Made by a program: the position numbers and the translations under genes
Shown: piece by piece, positions 38,128 through 48,462 of the stretch
How the letters are laid out: every line of letters starts with the position of its first letter
Numbering within the stretch: position 1 is the first letter of the stretch
Notes under the pieces: generated by a model
Database searches by the model: none
What the model was told of the DNA's origin: nothing
The model's input: the letters and a program-made list of their open reading frames with translations, nothing else
From: Rhodoluna sp.
GTDB taxonomy: Bacteria > Actinomycetota > Actinomycetes > Actinomycetales > Microbacteriaceae
NCBI GenBank assembly: GCA_044232805.1
Contig: JBIILG010000001.1
Coordinates: 32,898-96,897 of the forward strand
Length of the DNA stretch: 64,000 bases
Direction of reading: 5' to 3'

Positions 38128-39543
38128 ATGCATTCATCCGACGCCATGAAAAACCTCGAGCGTGTTACAAAAACACCGCTTCTTGATTCGCTCGGAGCAA
38201 TGTTTGAAAGCGCAGGGTATGAGCTAGCCCTTGTTGGAGGACCGGTCAGAGATGCAATTCTTGGTCGAGTAGCACCTGATATTGACCTAACCACAAACGC
38301 CACTCCAGAACAGATTCTTGAAGTCATTAAGGGCAAAGTCGATACCCACTGGGAAATCGGAAAACAATTTGGAACCATCGGCTGCCGAATCGGCGACAAT
38401 CAAATTGAAATTACAACTTATCGAACCGATAAATACGATTCTGACTCAAGAAAACCTGAAGTAAAATTCGGAACGGATTTGAAGCACGATCTACAACGCC
38501 GTGACTTCACCGTAAACTCCATGGCTCTAACTCTTCCTGCTCGGGAGTTTGTTGACCCATTTGGAGGGTTGCGTGATCTGGGTGACAAGGTTCTGAAAAC
38601 CCCAGGTAAGCCAGAAGACTCTTTTGGAGACGATCCTTTACGAATGCTTCGTGGAGCCAGGTTCGCATCTCAACTTGGGTTTGAAATTGAACCGGCAACC
38701 TTTGAGGCAATGCAGGCAATGCGCCAAAGACTCGAAATTGTCTCTGCAGAAAGAATTCAAGTTGAATTACAAAAACTTATGCTTGGGGCAAATCCAAGAA
38801 AGGGTCTTGAGGCACTAGTTGATTCGGGGCTTGCAGGAATAGTCTTGCCGGAGCTTCCTGCTCTAAAGCTCGAAACCGACGAACATCACCACCATAAGGA
38901 TGTCTACGAACACACCCTCACTGTTGTCGAGCAAGCAATCGACTACGAAAAGGATTACAACCTAGAGCCAGATTTCGTGTTGCGATTTGCAGCACTGCTT
39001 CACGACATAGGAAAGCCGGCAACAAGAAAACTGGAACCAGGCGGGGCAGTTAGTTTCTACCACCACGATGTGGTGGGAGCCAAGCTTGCCTCCAAGAGAA
39101 TGAAGGCGCTTCGATTCGATAACGACACTACAAAAGCCGTATCCAAGCTCGTAGAGCTTCACTTGCGGTTCTTTGGCTACAGTGATCAGTCCTGGACCGA
39201 TGCCGCAATAAGAAGGTACGTGCGCGATGCTGGGGAGCAGCTTGTTCGGCTACATATACTTACTCGTTCCGATGTAACTACAAGAAATAAGCGCAAAGCT
39301 GACCAGCTTTCCCACGCCTATGACGATCTTGAGAAAAGAATTGCAATTGTCATGGAGCAAGAAGAGCTCAATGCCATGAGGCCTGATCTAACTGGCGAGG
39401 AAATAATGGAGATTTTGAATCTGAAGCCAGGTCCAAAGGTAGGCAAGGCCTATAAGTACCTTTTGGAGCTTCGGATCGAAAATGGCCCACTTGGCCCAGA
39501 GGCTGCCAAGAGGGCCTTGCTGGAGTGGCACTCTAAGGGCTAG
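38128..39543 (+). CDS. cca: CCA-adding tRNA nucleotidyltransferase / poly(A) polymerase family with an HD domain
   Basis: 471-aa ORF with LVGGPVRDAILGR, DIDLTT and RRDFTVN (nucleotidyltransferase head) and an HD region (LLHDIGKP). Confidence 0.9.
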   Translation: MHSSDAMKNLERVTKTPLLDSLGAMFESAGYELALVGGPVRDAILGRVAPDIDLTTNATPEQILEVIKGKVDTHWEIGKQFGTIGCRIGDNQIEITTYRTDKYDSDSRKPEVKFGTDLKHDLQRRDFTVNSMALTLPAREFVDPFGGLRDLGDKVLKTPGKPEDSFGDDPLRMLRGARFASQLGFEIEPATFEAMQAMRQRLEIVSAERIQVELQKLMLGANPRKGLEALVDSGLAGIVLPELPALKLETDEHHHHKDVYEHTLTVVEQAIDYEKDYNLEPDFVLRFAALLHDIGKPATRKLEPGGAVSFYHHDVVGAKLASKRMKALRFDNDTTKAVSKLVELHLRFFGYSDQSWTDAAIRRYVRDAGEQLVRLHILTRSDVTTRNKRKADQLSHAYDDLEKRIAIVMEQEELNAMRPDLTGEEIMEILNLKPGPKVGKAYKYLLELRIENGPLGPEAAKRALLEWHSKG

Positions 39544-39666
39544 ACTCTTGAAGTTGCCTAGATTTCGGCTCTGAAATAAAGAAATGAAATCAAGAAAACA
39601 GATGCCACATACCCTCCTGTCATGGAACGTCCATGGCCGCTCTAGTCCAAAGGAGGTGGGTTAGCT

Positions 39667-40152
39667 ATGCATCAGTATGAAGTAATGGTAATTCTCGACC
39701 CAACAGTTGAGGAAAAGACCGTTGAACCATCAATTCAGAAGTTTCTTAAGGTCATCACTGACGCCAAGGGAACAATCGACATCCTTTCCATTTGGGGAAG
39801 ACGCCGCCTGGCTTACGAAATCAAGAAGCAGACCGAAGGTATCTACGCCGTCATCAACATGACCGCACCTTCAGAAGCTGTTATTGAGCTCGACCGTCAG
39901 CTAAACATTTCTGAAGCCGTTATGCGCACCAAGGTATTGCGCGCAGAAGACGTTCAGTTCACCATCACACCTATTGAATACTCTCCAGAGCGCCCGGCCC
40001 GCAAGCCATATGCCAAAAAGGGTGACTCAGATTCAAGATCTGACTCTCGTTCAGACTCTCGTTCAGACTCTCGTTCAGATTCCCGTTCAGACAGCAAGCC
40101 TTCATACAAGAAGGAAGAAGCTGTGGCTGAAGTAGCAGCGGTGGTCGAGTAA
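39667..40152 (+). CDS. rpsF: 30S ribosomal protein S6 with a long repetitive C-terminal tail
   Basis: [12 protein letters not shown]...[12 protein letters not shown] forms the S6 core (about 95 aa). It is followed by a tail of about 65 aa that includes [25 protein letters not shown]. Confidence 0.93.
   Translation: MHQYEVMVILDPTVEEKTVEPSIQKFLKVITDAKGTIDILSIWGRRRLAYEIKKQTEGIYAVINMTAPSEAVIELDRQLNISEAVMRTKVLRAEDVQFTITPIEYSPERPARKPYAKKGDSDSRSDSRSDSRSDSRSDSRSDSKPSYKKEEAVAEVAAVVE
40027..40092. repeat. 12-bp tandem repeat (about 5.5 imperfect copies) inside rpsF
   Basis: The units are tcagattcaaga, tctgactctcgt, tcagactctcgt (x2), tcagattcccgt and tcagac, encoding (SDSR)n. Confidence 0.85.
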
Positions 40153-40154
40153 TT

Positions 40155-40661
40155 ATGGCTGGAGAAGTAAATATCACTGTCGTTGGCAACTTGGCTGACG
40201 ACCCAGAACTTCGTTACACCCAAGGCGGCATTGCAGTTTGCAGCGTGCGAGTTGGTTCAACTCCTCGAGCTATGAACAAAACCACAAACACCTGGGAAGA
40301 CGGCGAAACTGTTTGGGTTCGTTGCACCGCTTGGCGTGAACTTGCAGAAAACGTAGCTCAGAGCCTAACCAAAGGTTCTCGTGTTGTAGTTTCTGGTCGC
40401 CTAAAGGCACCTTCTGCTTACCAGAGTGCTCAGGGAGAATCTCGTGCATCACTAGAGATGGAAATCGAAGAAATCGGTCCATCACTTAGATATGCAACGG
40501 CAGCTGTTACCCGTCGCGCTCGCGAGGGTGGACCAGCTGGTGGAGCTGCACAAGTTCAATCAGACCCATGGGCAAACACTCCAGCTGCTCCGGCAGCTGC
40601 CAAGGCCGATGACGGCTGGGCTAACCCAGGTGCACCTGCATCTGACGACACACCTTTTTAA
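40155..40661 (+). CDS. ssb: Single-stranded DNA-binding protein
   Basis: 168-aa ORF with an OB-fold N-terminus (VNITVVGNLADDPELRYTQGG), a Gly/Pro/Ala-rich linker and the acidic tip DDTPF. Confidence 0.95.
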   Translation: MAGEVNITVVGNLADDPELRYTQGGIAVCSVRVGSTPRAMNKTTNTWEDGETVWVRCTAWRELAENVAQSLTKGSRVVVSGRLKAPSAYQSAQGESRASLEMEIEEIGPSLRYATAAVTRRAREGGPAGGAAQVQSDPWANTPAAPAAAKADDGWANPGAPASDDTPF

Positions 40662-40684
40662 AGATTAGAAACTAGGAGAAATAA

Positions 40685-40942
40685 ATGGCTGGAAAAACCG
40701 ACCCACGTCGTAAACCCACTAGAAACTCGAAGCTAGACAAACTAGCTCCAGTTAAGTTCATGAAGGTTGGCATAATCGATTACAAAGATGTTGCAACCCT
40801 GAGAAAGTTCATCTCTGACCGCGGAAAGATTCGCGCTCGCAGAATTACCGGCGTCTCTGTTCAAGAGCAGCGCCTAATTGCAACCGCTATCAAGAACGCA
40901 CGCGAGATGGCTTTGTTGCCATACGCTGGCGCTGGCCGCTAA
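40685..40942 (+). CDS. rpsR: 30S ribosomal protein S18
   Basis: 85-aa ORF with [33 protein letters not shown]. Confidence 0.95.
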   Translation: MAGKTDPRRKPTRNSKLDKLAPVKFMKVGIIDYKDVATLRKFISDRGKIRARRITGVSVQEQRLIATAIKNAREMALLPYAGAGR

Positions 40943-40953
40943 GGAGAAACCCC

Positions 40954-41406
40954 ATGTCAAAGATCATTCTTACCAATGAGGTTTCTGGCCTTGGCTCCGC
41001 TGGAGACGTTGTTGAAGTAAAAAACGGTTACGCACGCAATTACCTACTGCCTAGAGGATTTGCCGTTACTTGGAGCAAGGGTGGAGAAAAGCAAGTTAGC
41101 TCTATCCGCGCAGCTCGTGACGCACGTCAACTAGCAACAGTCGAAGAAGCACAAACTCTAAAGGCAAGACTTGAAGAGGATTCCGTGAAGCTTGCAGTCA
41201 AAGCCGGCGTTGGCGGAAGACTGTTTGGTTCTGTGAAAACTGGCGACATCGCTGCTGCTGTTTCAGAAGCTGGCCTCGGTCAGATCGACAAGCGCAAGGT
41301 TGAAATCCCAAACCCAATTCGCTCTGTTGGTGAGTACCTAGCAACCGTGAGATTACACGGTGACCTAGTTGCAACCATCAAGCTAAAAGTTGTAGCCAAG
41401 AAGTAA
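40954..41406 (+). CDS. rplI: 50S ribosomal protein L9
   Basis: 150-aa ORF with [35 protein letters not shown]. Confidence 0.95.
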   Translation: MSKIILTNEVSGLGSAGDVVEVKNGYARNYLLPRGFAVTWSKGGEKQVSSIRAARDARQLATVEEAQTLKARLEEDSVKLAVKAGVGGRLFGSVKTGDIAAAVSEAGLGQIDKRKVEIPNPIRSVGEYLATVRLHGDLVATIKLKVVAKK

Positions 41407-41467
41407 ACTGCTATTGCTTTAGGGCTACAAAGTTTCTGCACTCTAACTAAGAGGAGAGTCAAAACAG

Positions 41468-42226
41468 GTGAGAAAAACGCTTGGAATTGGCTTGATGCTT
41501 GGCTGGCAAGATATCAGGCAGTCATACCGAAGAAGTGTTTTTGGTCAGCTTTGGATAACTATCGGTATGGCAGTAACAATTTCTGCTATTGGAATAGTCT
41601 TCGGAACGATATTCAACACTCCACTAGAAGTTTTTCTTCCTTACCTGGCTTCTGGACTAATTACTTGGGGTTTGATTGCCGGAATTCTTAATGAAGGCAA
41701 CCAGGCGTTTATCGTCGCAGAGGCAATGATCAAGCAGCTGCCACTACCAAAGATTGTTTATGTGGTTCGCGTTGTTTGGCGGAACATTATTGTGTCTGCG
41801 CACAACATCGTGATTATGCCAGTTGTGATTCTCCTCTTTGGAGGAGGAATTACCTGGGCATTACTTTTGTGGCCGCTTGGAATTTTGCTGGCCGTGTTCG
41901 CTCTATCCGGAATGGCAATGATTTTTGGAATTGTGGCAACAAGGTTTAGAGATCTCCCTCAAATTATCAGTGCTGCTTTGACCGTTGCTTTCTACATAAC
42001 ACCAGTTATTTGGATCAAAGAAAGCCTTGGGGATAACGAATTAGTTGAGGCCATCGTGAGCCTAAATCCGCTGTATCACATTTTGCAGGTAATGAGACTG
42101 CCATTGATCAGTCAATACCCGTCTCTTGAAAACTGGATATGGGTTGTGGTGTTGGGAATAGCCCTATGGACAATAGGACTTCTGTTATTCAAGAAGTACG
42201 AAAAAAGAATTGCGTATTGGGTATAG
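41468..42226 (+). CDS. ABC-2 type polysaccharide export permease (Wzm/TagG/RgpC-like)
   Basis: 252-aa ORF (GTG start preceded by AGGAGAG) with six hydrophobic helices. The N-terminal [15 protein letters not shown] pattern is typical of ABC-2 glycan exporters. It is directly followed by the cognate ATPase. Confidence 0.75.
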   Translation: MRKTLGIGLMLGWQDIRQSYRRSVFGQLWITIGMAVTISAIGIVFGTIFNTPLEVFLPYLASGLITWGLIAGILNEGNQAFIVAEAMIKQLPLPKIVYVVRVVWRNIIVSAHNIVIMPVVILLFGGGITWALLLWPLGILLAVFALSGMAMIFGIVATRFRDLPQIISAALTVAFYITPVIWIKESLGDNELVEAIVSLNPLYHILQVMRLPLISQYPSLENWIWVVVLGIALWTIGLLLFKKYEKRIAYWV

Positions 42227-42228
42227 AC

Positions 42229-42969
42229 ATGGCACACATAAGACTAAAGAACGCGTCCGTAGTACTTCCCATATATAACTCGTCTGCCAGATCACTTACT
42301 AATACTCTTGTGAGTGCTGCTACCGGAGGAGCTCTAACTGCTCAACGAGGCGGCCACCTAAGTATTGAAGCCTTGAAAGAACTGAATATTGAGATTAAAT
42401 CTGGCGACAGGGTAGGAATAATCGGTCACAACGGTGCCGGAAAGAGCACTCTATTAAGACTTTTTACTGGAGTGTTCGAGCCAAGCTCCGGAACGGTTGA
42501 GCGATCAGGCACCATTTCCTCCTTGGTGGATATCTCTCTTGGCATTAATCCAGAAAACACCGGAAGGGAAAATATCCTTCTTCGTGGAAAGCTCATGGGT
42601 CTTTCAAAGAAACAAATCAATCAAAAGATTGACGAAATCATTGAGTTTTCCGAACTCGGCTATTACGTGAATTTGCCAGTTCGCATTTATAGCTCTGGAA
42701 TGCTTTTGAGGCTAGCTTTTTCGGTTTCGACATCAATGTCTGCAGACATCCTAATTATGGACGAGTGGCTTTCTGTTGGAGATGGAGCTTTTGCCGAGCG
42801 AGCGAGCAAGAGGCTGCAAGATTTAGTGAATCAGTCAGAAATACTTGTTATTGCAAGTCACAACAAAGAGCTGATCGAGCAAACATGCAACAAGGTCGTG
42901 TGGATGGAACACGGAGTAATTAAAAAAGTTGGCCCCACCAAAGAAATCGTTCAAGACTATTTCGGCTAG
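42229..42969 (+). CDS. Polysaccharide export ABC transporter ATP-binding protein (Wzt/TagH/RgpD-like, no C-terminal carbohydrate-binding domain)
   Basis: It has Walker [12 protein letters not shown], signature [11 protein letters not shown] and Walker B ILIMDEW. The start is placed at ATG 42229, 2 nt after the permease stop; the track ORF starts at 42139 inside the permease gene. Confidence 0.85.
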   Translation: MAHIRLKNASVVLPIYNSSARSLTNTLVSAATGGALTAQRGGHLSIEALKELNIEIKSGDRVGIIGHNGAGKSTLLRLFTGVFEPSSGTVERSGTISSLVDISLGINPENTGRENILLRGKLMGLSKKQINQKIDEIIEFSELGYYVNLPVRIYSSGMLLRLAFSVSTSMSADILIMDEWLSVGDGAFAERASKRLQDLVNQSEILVIASHNKELIEQTCNKVVWMEHGVIKKVGPTKEIVQDYFG

Positions 42970-42987
42970 AAAATCCTTCACTTGGGC

Positions 42988-43938
42988 TCATCGGTTAGCC
43001 GCGTAGAATCCCACGGTCTCAGCTAGCTTTTCCTCAAAGTTTCCATGTGTTGGTTTCCACCCAAGCTCAGCCTCTGTCGCTGAAGCATCAATCGCGTATC
43101 TCAAGTCGTGGCCTGGGCGATCACCAATAAATTCGATCCAGTCCTTCGGTTTGCCCATGATTTCAAGCAACGCTTGAACAACCTGCAGGTTCGAGCGTTG
43201 ATTGTCTGCACCCAGAAGATAGGTCTGGCCAATAACACCCTTTTCAATAACAGCCCAAACACCATCGTTGTGATCATCGACGTGGATCCAGTCCCGAACA
43301 TTTGCCCCATTGCCATAAAGCTCAGGCTTGGCTCCGGAGTTGATTAGCCCGATCATGCGCGGGATTAACTTCTCTTCGTGTTGGTATGGACCAAAGTTAT
43401 TGCTGCAGTTAGAGATAGTTGCCCGAAGGCCAAAAGAACGAACCCAGGCCTTAACCAGGTGATCACTCGAAGCTTTGGAAGCAGAGTATGGAGACGAAGG
43501 GTTGTATGGGGTGTCTCTAGTGAACTTGTCTGCTCCATCAAGGGCCAGGTCTCCAAAAACCTCGTCAGTTGAAACGTGGTGCATTCGAACATTGTTCTTT
43601 ACACACGCTTGAATAAGTTCGAAAGTTCCGAAAACGTTTGTCTCAATAAACGGGCGCGGAGATTTCAATGAATTATCGTTATGACTCTCGGCAGCGAAAT
43701 GAACAACGACATCTGCTTTTGCGACAACAGATTCCACGATTTTCGAGTCGCAGATATCCCCTTGAATAAACTTGTATTTACCCTCGAGCCCTTCTAAGTT
43801 TGAGAGACGCCCAGCGTAGGTAAGAGAATCTAGAACGGTGATTTTTACATCGGGGCGAGTTGCGAGTGTCCTGCGGACAAAGTTCGAGCCGATAAATCCA
43901 GCTCCACCCGTGACAACGACCTTCAAAATGCCTCCCAT
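42988..43938 (-). CDS. rmlB: dTDP-glucose 4,6-dehydratase
   Basis: 316-aa ORF with VTGGAGFIGSNFVR, the YSASKASSDHL catalytic motif and HVSTDEVFG. Confidence 0.9.
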   Translation of the reverse strand: MGGILKVVVTGGAGFIGSNFVRRTLATRPDVKITVLDSLTYAGRLSNLEGLEGKYKFIQGDICDSKIVESVVAKADVVVHFAAESHNDNSLKSPRPFIETNVFGTFELIQACVKNNVRMHHVSTDEVFGDLALDGADKFTRDTPYNPSSPYSASKASSDHLVKAWVRSFGLRATISNCSNNFGPYQHEEKLIPRMIGLINSGAKPELYGNGANVRDWIHVDDHNDGVWAVIEKGVIGQTYLLGADNQRSNLQVVQALLEIMGKPKDWIEFIGDRPGHDLRYAIDASATEAELGWKPTHGNFEEKLAETVGFYAANR

Positions 43939-44023
43939 GACTCTGTAATAGGCTATCAGCAGGGCGATTCATGTTTTGGGGGGAACAATGAGCACTGAAA
44001 GCTTTAGCGCGGTGAAAGGAAAA

Positions 44024-44884
44024 ATGAAGGGCATAATTCTTGCCGGCGGATCCGGAACCAGGCTCTACCCCCTCACCATCGCAAACTCTAAGCAGCTGAT
44101 GCCGGTATACGACAAGCCGATGATTTACTATCCGATGAGCACACTGATGCTTGCAGGAATCGTCGAAATTTTGGTGATCACCACGCCTCACGAAGCCGAG
44201 CAATTTAAGAGACTTCTCAAAGATGGTTCACAGTGGGGAATAAAAATTAGCTATGCAGAACAACCCGAACCCAAAGGCCTTGCCGATGCATTTGTTATTG
44301 GTGAAAAGTTTATTGATGGCGAAAATGTCGCACTGATTCTTGGAGACAACATTTTCTACGGCAGTGGCTTAGGTCAAACACTTAGTCGAATGAAGATTCG
44401 CCCAGGCGCGACAGTGTTTGCCCACCGAGTAAAAAACCCACAGGACTATGGAGTCATCGAGTTTGATGAATCGGGCAAAGTACTTTCGATTGAAGAAAAG
44501 CCAGCCAAGCCGAAGAGTAAATATGTAATTCCAGGCCTCTATTTCTACGATCACAAAGTTTCTGAGATTGCAAAGAAACTCAAGCCCTCAGCCCGCGGTG
44601 AGATTGAAATCTCGGACCTGAACACGGCTTATCTGGACAAAGGCGAATTACAGGTAGAAAAACTTGATCGTGGTACCGCCTGGTTGGATACCGGCAGCAT
44701 TGATTCTCTCCACGAAGCCGCAGAATTCGTAAAGGTTATTGAACACCGACAGGGAACAAAAATCTCTGTTCCAGAAGAAATTGCTTGGCGACTTGGTTAC
44801 ATCGACGATGCCCAACTAAAAGCAGAGGCAAATCGTTTTCTCAAATCAGGCTATGGCAAGTACCTGATGGATTTACTTCAGTAG
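44024..44884 (+). CDS. rmlA: Glucose-1-phosphate thymidylyltransferase
   Basis: [18 protein letters not shown]...[15 protein letters not shown]...EKPAKPKS. The start is placed at ATG 44024; the track ORF starts at TTG 43976, and ATG 43988 is another option. Confidence 0.92.
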   Translation: MKGIILAGGSGTRLYPLTIANSKQLMPVYDKPMIYYPMSTLMLAGIVEILVITTPHEAEQFKRLLKDGSQWGIKISYAEQPEPKGLADAFVIGEKFIDGENVALILGDNIFYGSGLGQTLSRMKIRPGATVFAHRVKNPQDYGVIEFDESGKVLSIEEKPAKPKSKYVIPGLYFYDHKVSEIAKKLKPSARGEIEISDLNTAYLDKGELQVEKLDRGTAWLDTGSIDSLHEAAEFVKVIEHRQGTKISVPEEIAWRLGYIDDAQLKAEANRFLKSGYGKYLMDLLQ

Positions 44885-45706
44885 TCCTAAGGCATCGTCT
44901 TTGGCTGCAAGCCAACGATCTTTCCAATCAGCAATCGGCACAACCAAATTGCTCGAGTTGTCCAAAACACTGTATTTCGGTCGCTTTGCCGCCGTTACAA
45001 ACTCGCCGCTAGAAACTGCTTCGATCGGGTACTCACCAACTACTTCAGTTGCAAAATCAAACCAGCTGGCTCTTCCCGAAGATACGGAGTGGACAATGGC
45101 GGGTGCGTTCTCTAGTTGGGCGTAACTAAGAATCTGTTCCGCTAGGTCTCTGGTCCAGGTTGGTTGTCCAAACTGATCGTCTACAACTCTTAGCGGGTCA
45201 CCCTGCAATACTTTCTCATGCATAACTTTTGGAAAGCATCTTCCGTGTGCACCATAGAGCCAGGCAGTTCTAAAAATTGTGTAATTGGCTTCTGAGTCTT
45301 CAACGAGCTTTTCACCGAGTAACTTAGAGCGACCATAGGCGCCTTGTGGATTTGGAATCGCATCAGTTGCGTAAGGAATCTCAGAGTTACCATCAAATAC
45401 GTAATCGGTAGAAAGGTGCAGAAACTTAGCACCAACCAATTTTGATGCTTGGGCTAGCTTGCCCGCGTAATCGCCATTCACAAGGTTTGCTAGTTCGCTT
45501 TGTGACTCAGCCTTATCCACTGCGGTGTAAGCAACAGCATTTACTACAGCATCAAAACCTTCTAGCGCAGGAGCAATGCTGTCGATTGAATCATCTAGAT
45601 TGAGCGTCTCGCGATTAAGCCCCAAAACCTCATAGCCTCTATCGGCCAGAACGAGCATCATCTCCGAACCTAACATCCCGCGATTTCCAATCACAGCAAA
45701 TCGCAT
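44873..45706 (-). CDS. rmlD: dTDP-4-dehydrorhamnose reductase
   Basis: [16 protein letters not shown]...STDYVFDG...YGRSKLLGE. The start is placed at ATG 45706; the track ORF extends to 45802 across the divergent promoter. Its 3' end overlaps rmlA convergently by 12 nt. Confidence 0.88.
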   Translation of the reverse strand: MRFAVIGNRGMLGSEMMLVLADRGYEVLGLNRETLNLDDSIDSIAPALEGFDAVVNAVAYTAVDKAESQSELANLVNGDYAGKLAQASKLVGAKFLHLSTDYVFDGNSEIPYATDAIPNPQGAYGRSKLLGEKLVEDSEANYTIFRTAWLYGAHGRCFPKVMHEKVLQGDPLRVVDDQFGQPTWTRDLAEQILSYAQLENAPAIVHSVSSGRASWFDFATEVVGEYPIEAVSSGEFVTAAKRPKYSVLDNSSNLVVPIADWKDRWLAAKDDALGLLK

Positions 45707-45758
45707 GGAAATCCCTTCGTTCGGTAGTCTTAGGATAATCAAACTATCAGAGGGACAA

Positions 45759-46331
45759 ATGAGCTTCACACCGCTTAGCATCCAGGGTTCCTGGGTTTTC
45801 ACCCCTCAAAAATTTGACGACGAACGCGGCTCGTTTCATGAAGTGTTCAAGCTACCCGCAATATCGGAAACATTAGGATTCGATTTTCAGGTGAAGCAAG
45901 TCAACCAATCTGTTTCCAAAGCCGGAGTAATTCGAGGTATTCATTGGGCGGATGTTCCTCCAGGGCAGGCAAAGTATGTGTTCTGCCCCAGGGGGTCAAT
46001 CTGGGACATTGTCGTTGACATTAGAGTCGGCTCCCCAACCTTTGGAAAATGGGATGCCGATGTGATCTCAGAAAAAAACGGGAAAGCAGTTTTAATAAAA
46101 GAGGGCTTGGGGCACGTCTTTCTAACGCTCGAAGAGAACACGGTCGTGAACTACCTGTGTAGCGAACCGTACAACCCAAGTGCCGAGCACGAGATAAATC
46201 CACTGGACGAAAAGATTGGAATCCCATTTGCTGACAAATGGAGCAAATCAGAATTTTTGACCAGCCCAAAGGACACAAACGCTTACTCTCTAGCAGAAGC
46301 AAATCTAAAAGGACTTCTTCCAAATTATTAA
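45759..46331 (+). CDS. rmlC: dTDP-4-dehydrorhamnose 3,5-epimerase
   Basis: MSFTPLSIQGSWVFTPQKFDDERGSFHE...RGIHW are cupin blocks of RmlC. The start is placed at ATG 45759, with AGAGGGA upstream. Confidence 0.88.
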   Translation: MSFTPLSIQGSWVFTPQKFDDERGSFHEVFKLPAISETLGFDFQVKQVNQSVSKAGVIRGIHWADVPPGQAKYVFCPRGSIWDIVVDIRVGSPTFGKWDADVISEKNGKAVLIKEGLGHVFLTLEENTVVNYLCSEPYNPSAEHEINPLDEKIGIPFADKWSKSEFLTSPKDTNAYSLAEANLKGLLPNY

Positions 46332-46366
46332 ACCCAAGCCCGGTGTGAAAAAACTGGAATTCTAAG

Positions 46367-47314
46367 GTGACAAGGAGGTGTGACTTGTTAGTTTCTTCAG
46401 TAGTTGGTTATTTGGCTCGCAAGTTAGACACCAGAAGCTGGCACCTTTCAAATCTGGTTAGTTTCGATAACGACCACGACACGCGGTCCAACACCATAAA
46501 TCTCGAACCTAAAGTTTCAATCATTATTCCAACTAGAGACAAGCCCAAACTGCTTCGAGCCTGCATTGATTCGATTCGAGAAAATACGAATTACTCGCAC
46601 TACGAACTTCTAATTGTTGATAACTCTTCAATCGAACACGAAACAAAAGATCTTCTAGCCCATTATGAATCCGAAGGGGTTTCAATCCTGAAACACCCTG
46701 GAGTCTTCAACTACTCGGCAATCTGCAACTTTGCTGCCACCAAGGCCACGGGTGAGTACCTTTGCTTTCTTAACAACGACACTGAAGTGATCTCCAGTAA
46801 CTGGCTAAGTTCCATGGTCGAGCACGCGTCTACAAGTAGTGCTGGATTAGTGGGTGCCGTTCTTAGCTATCCAAATGGATCCATTCAACACGCGGGGATA
46901 GCTCTGGGCTATACCGGAATTGCGGGTCATCCATATCGCGGAGAATCCAAATATGACTGTGTTCCAGAAAGTTGCTTCCAAGTTAGTGCAGTAACTTTTG
47001 CCTGCGCGATGATCGCGAGAAGAAAGTTTTGGGAAATAGGGGTGCTAGATGAGAACTTCCCATCAGGATTTAACGATGTGGATGTCTCTATTCGCAGCTC
47101 AAACCATAAATACAACAACATCGTTTGCGTGAAGGCTGAGCTAATTCACCGCGAGGCTCAAACAAGAGCAAAATCTCTAAGCACGAAAGGTTTCTGGCAA
47201 GCAGTCAAAGATGTAATAGCCATTCTTCGAAAGCACCCTGGAAAGATCAGAGAGTCTTTTTTCGAACCGCATACCTACGGACGTAAGCCGCAAAGCCCAC
47301 GAAAGAAAAAATAG
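46367..47314 (+). CDS. GT2 glycosyltransferase
   Basis: 315-aa ORF with VSIIIPTRDKPKLLRACIDSI, LIVDNSS and FLNNDTE (DxD), then GAALGY-type blocks. The exact start is uncertain. Confidence 0.75.
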   Translation: MTRRCDLLVSSVVGYLARKLDTRSWHLSNLVSFDNDHDTRSNTINLEPKVSIIIPTRDKPKLLRACIDSIRENTNYSHYELLIVDNSSIEHETKDLLAHYESEGVSILKHPGVFNYSAICNFAATKATGEYLCFLNNDTEVISSNWLSSMVEHASTSSAGLVGAVLSYPNGSIQHAGIALGYTGIAGHPYRGESKYDCVPESCFQVSAVTFACAMIARRKFWEIGVLDENFPSGFNDVDVSIRSSNHKYNNIVCVKAELIHREAQTRAKSLSTKGFWQAVKDVIAILRKHPGKIRESFFEPHTYGRKPQSPRKKK

Positions 47315-48314
47315 ACAAAATTGACAAAATTCCTGATCGAAGCGCTATCAACGCAAAAAATCTGAGATATTTGGCACTCAATTTTACTAACGGTAATGTG
47401 ACCAAGAGGTATCTGAATTTTGTGTAAGAGCTCACTTCATTGCTTGACTTTACGAGGGACCTAAACTCGATAAGTCTGGAAAGCCTCTCCAAATAGTTTT
47501 CACCGCCACTAAAGGCAGCCTCAATAACATCACCTGAAAAACGGTAGGCAAACCTCTTATACATTAGGGTCCCAAAAACATGTATGCCCTCCACCGAGCC
47601 TTCCGGGAACGTCTTGAGTAACTTCTTAAAGTAAATGAATCTACTCCGGGCCATAGATTCGGTGAAAGATGTACTTGAGGTGTTGATTGTCCAGACCGTT
47701 ACCGCCTCCGGAGTGAACCTATTTGAATATCCAGCCAAGAAGAACCTTAAGAATAAATCATCGTCTTCGTAACCGCGCAGTTCTGGATCAAAACCTCCAA
47801 CAGCCAAGAAAGCTTTCTTGTCTATCAGCGTGGCTGAAGGAACTATGTACATGTTTTTTCCGACCAGAGTCCTTAAGTCCTTGTGCGGGTGTTTCATTTT
47901 CACGTTTACAGAGGAGTGCGAAAGAATTTGGCCGGCTTCACTCGATCGCCATAGGTCACCATAAGAAAAGCCAAATTTCGGATCATCGAAATCGGCATTT
48001 TCCAGAAGGATTTGATTGTGTTTAGGAAGATAGTAATCGTCTTGATCCAGAAAGCAAATGTAATCTGAGGTTGCTTCGGAGATTCCAAAATTTCTGGCAG
48101 AAGACTGGCCAGAATTTTCTTGGTTAAGAATTCGAAAATCAAAGCGCTGTTGGAGACTGACTAGAAACCCCGACTCATCTTCGCTTGAGCCATCATTAAC
48201 CACAATCACCTCGCTAGGCTGAATTGTTTGATTTTGAATACTCTCTAGAGCACGCTCTATCCAACGAGAGCCGTTGTAGAAAGCGATGACTACCGAAACA
48301 CTCGTGCTAGCCAA
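47247..48314 (-). CDS. GT2 glycosyltransferase with a C-terminal membrane segment
   Basis: 355-aa ORF with VSVVIAFYNGSRWIERALESIQNQT, VVNDGSSED and FLDQDD. The hydrophobic C-terminus overlaps the convergent GT2 gene by 68 nt. Confidence 0.75.
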   Translation of the reverse strand: MASTSVSVVIAFYNGSRWIERALESIQNQTIQPSEVIVVNDGSSEDESGFLVSLQQRFDFRILNQENSGQSSARNFGISEATSDYICFLDQDDYYLPKHNQILLENADFDDPKFGFSYGDLWRSSEAGQILSHSSVNVKMKHPHKDLRTLVGKNMYIVPSATLIDKKAFLAVGGFDPELRGYEDDDLFLRFFLAGYSNRFTPEAVTVWTINTSSTSFTESMARSRFIYFKKLLKTFPEGSVEGIHVFGTLMYKRFAYRFSGDVIEAAFSGGENYLERLSRLIEFRSLVKSSNEVSSYTKFRYLLVTLPLVKLSAKYLRFFALIALRSGILSILSIFSFVGFAAYVRRYAVRKKTL

Positions 48315-48462
48315 GAAATCTCCTAGGTTTAGTAGTCGTTTGCCTCACTAAATAATAGCTCATGCCTTACTGGGACTAAGTAGGTCACTTTCCTCCACGT
48401 ATATAAGAAACTTGGAATTTGCGATTCTTGTAAGCTCGTAAGTGATCGGAGGCACGAATTAA

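Noticed and set aside
38079-38399. A 106-aa ORF on the minus strand overlapping the cca 5' region
   Set aside because: It is antisense to a strongly supported gene, its composition is Pro/Ser/Arg-rich as is typical of shadow frames, and the NUDIX gene start at 38046 leaves no room for it.
39544-39666. The rpsF 5' leader as the S6:S18-binding autoregulatory RNA motif
   Set aside because: A structured leader is plausible (CCTCCTGTCATGGAACGTCCATGGCCG can pair locally), but I cannot verify the covariation model by eye. It needs Infernal/Rfam.
43778-44203. A 141-aa ORF spanning the rmlB/rmlA divergent region
   Set aside because: It overlaps the 5' ends of both well-supported rml genes in other frames, so it is an artefact of the open frame.
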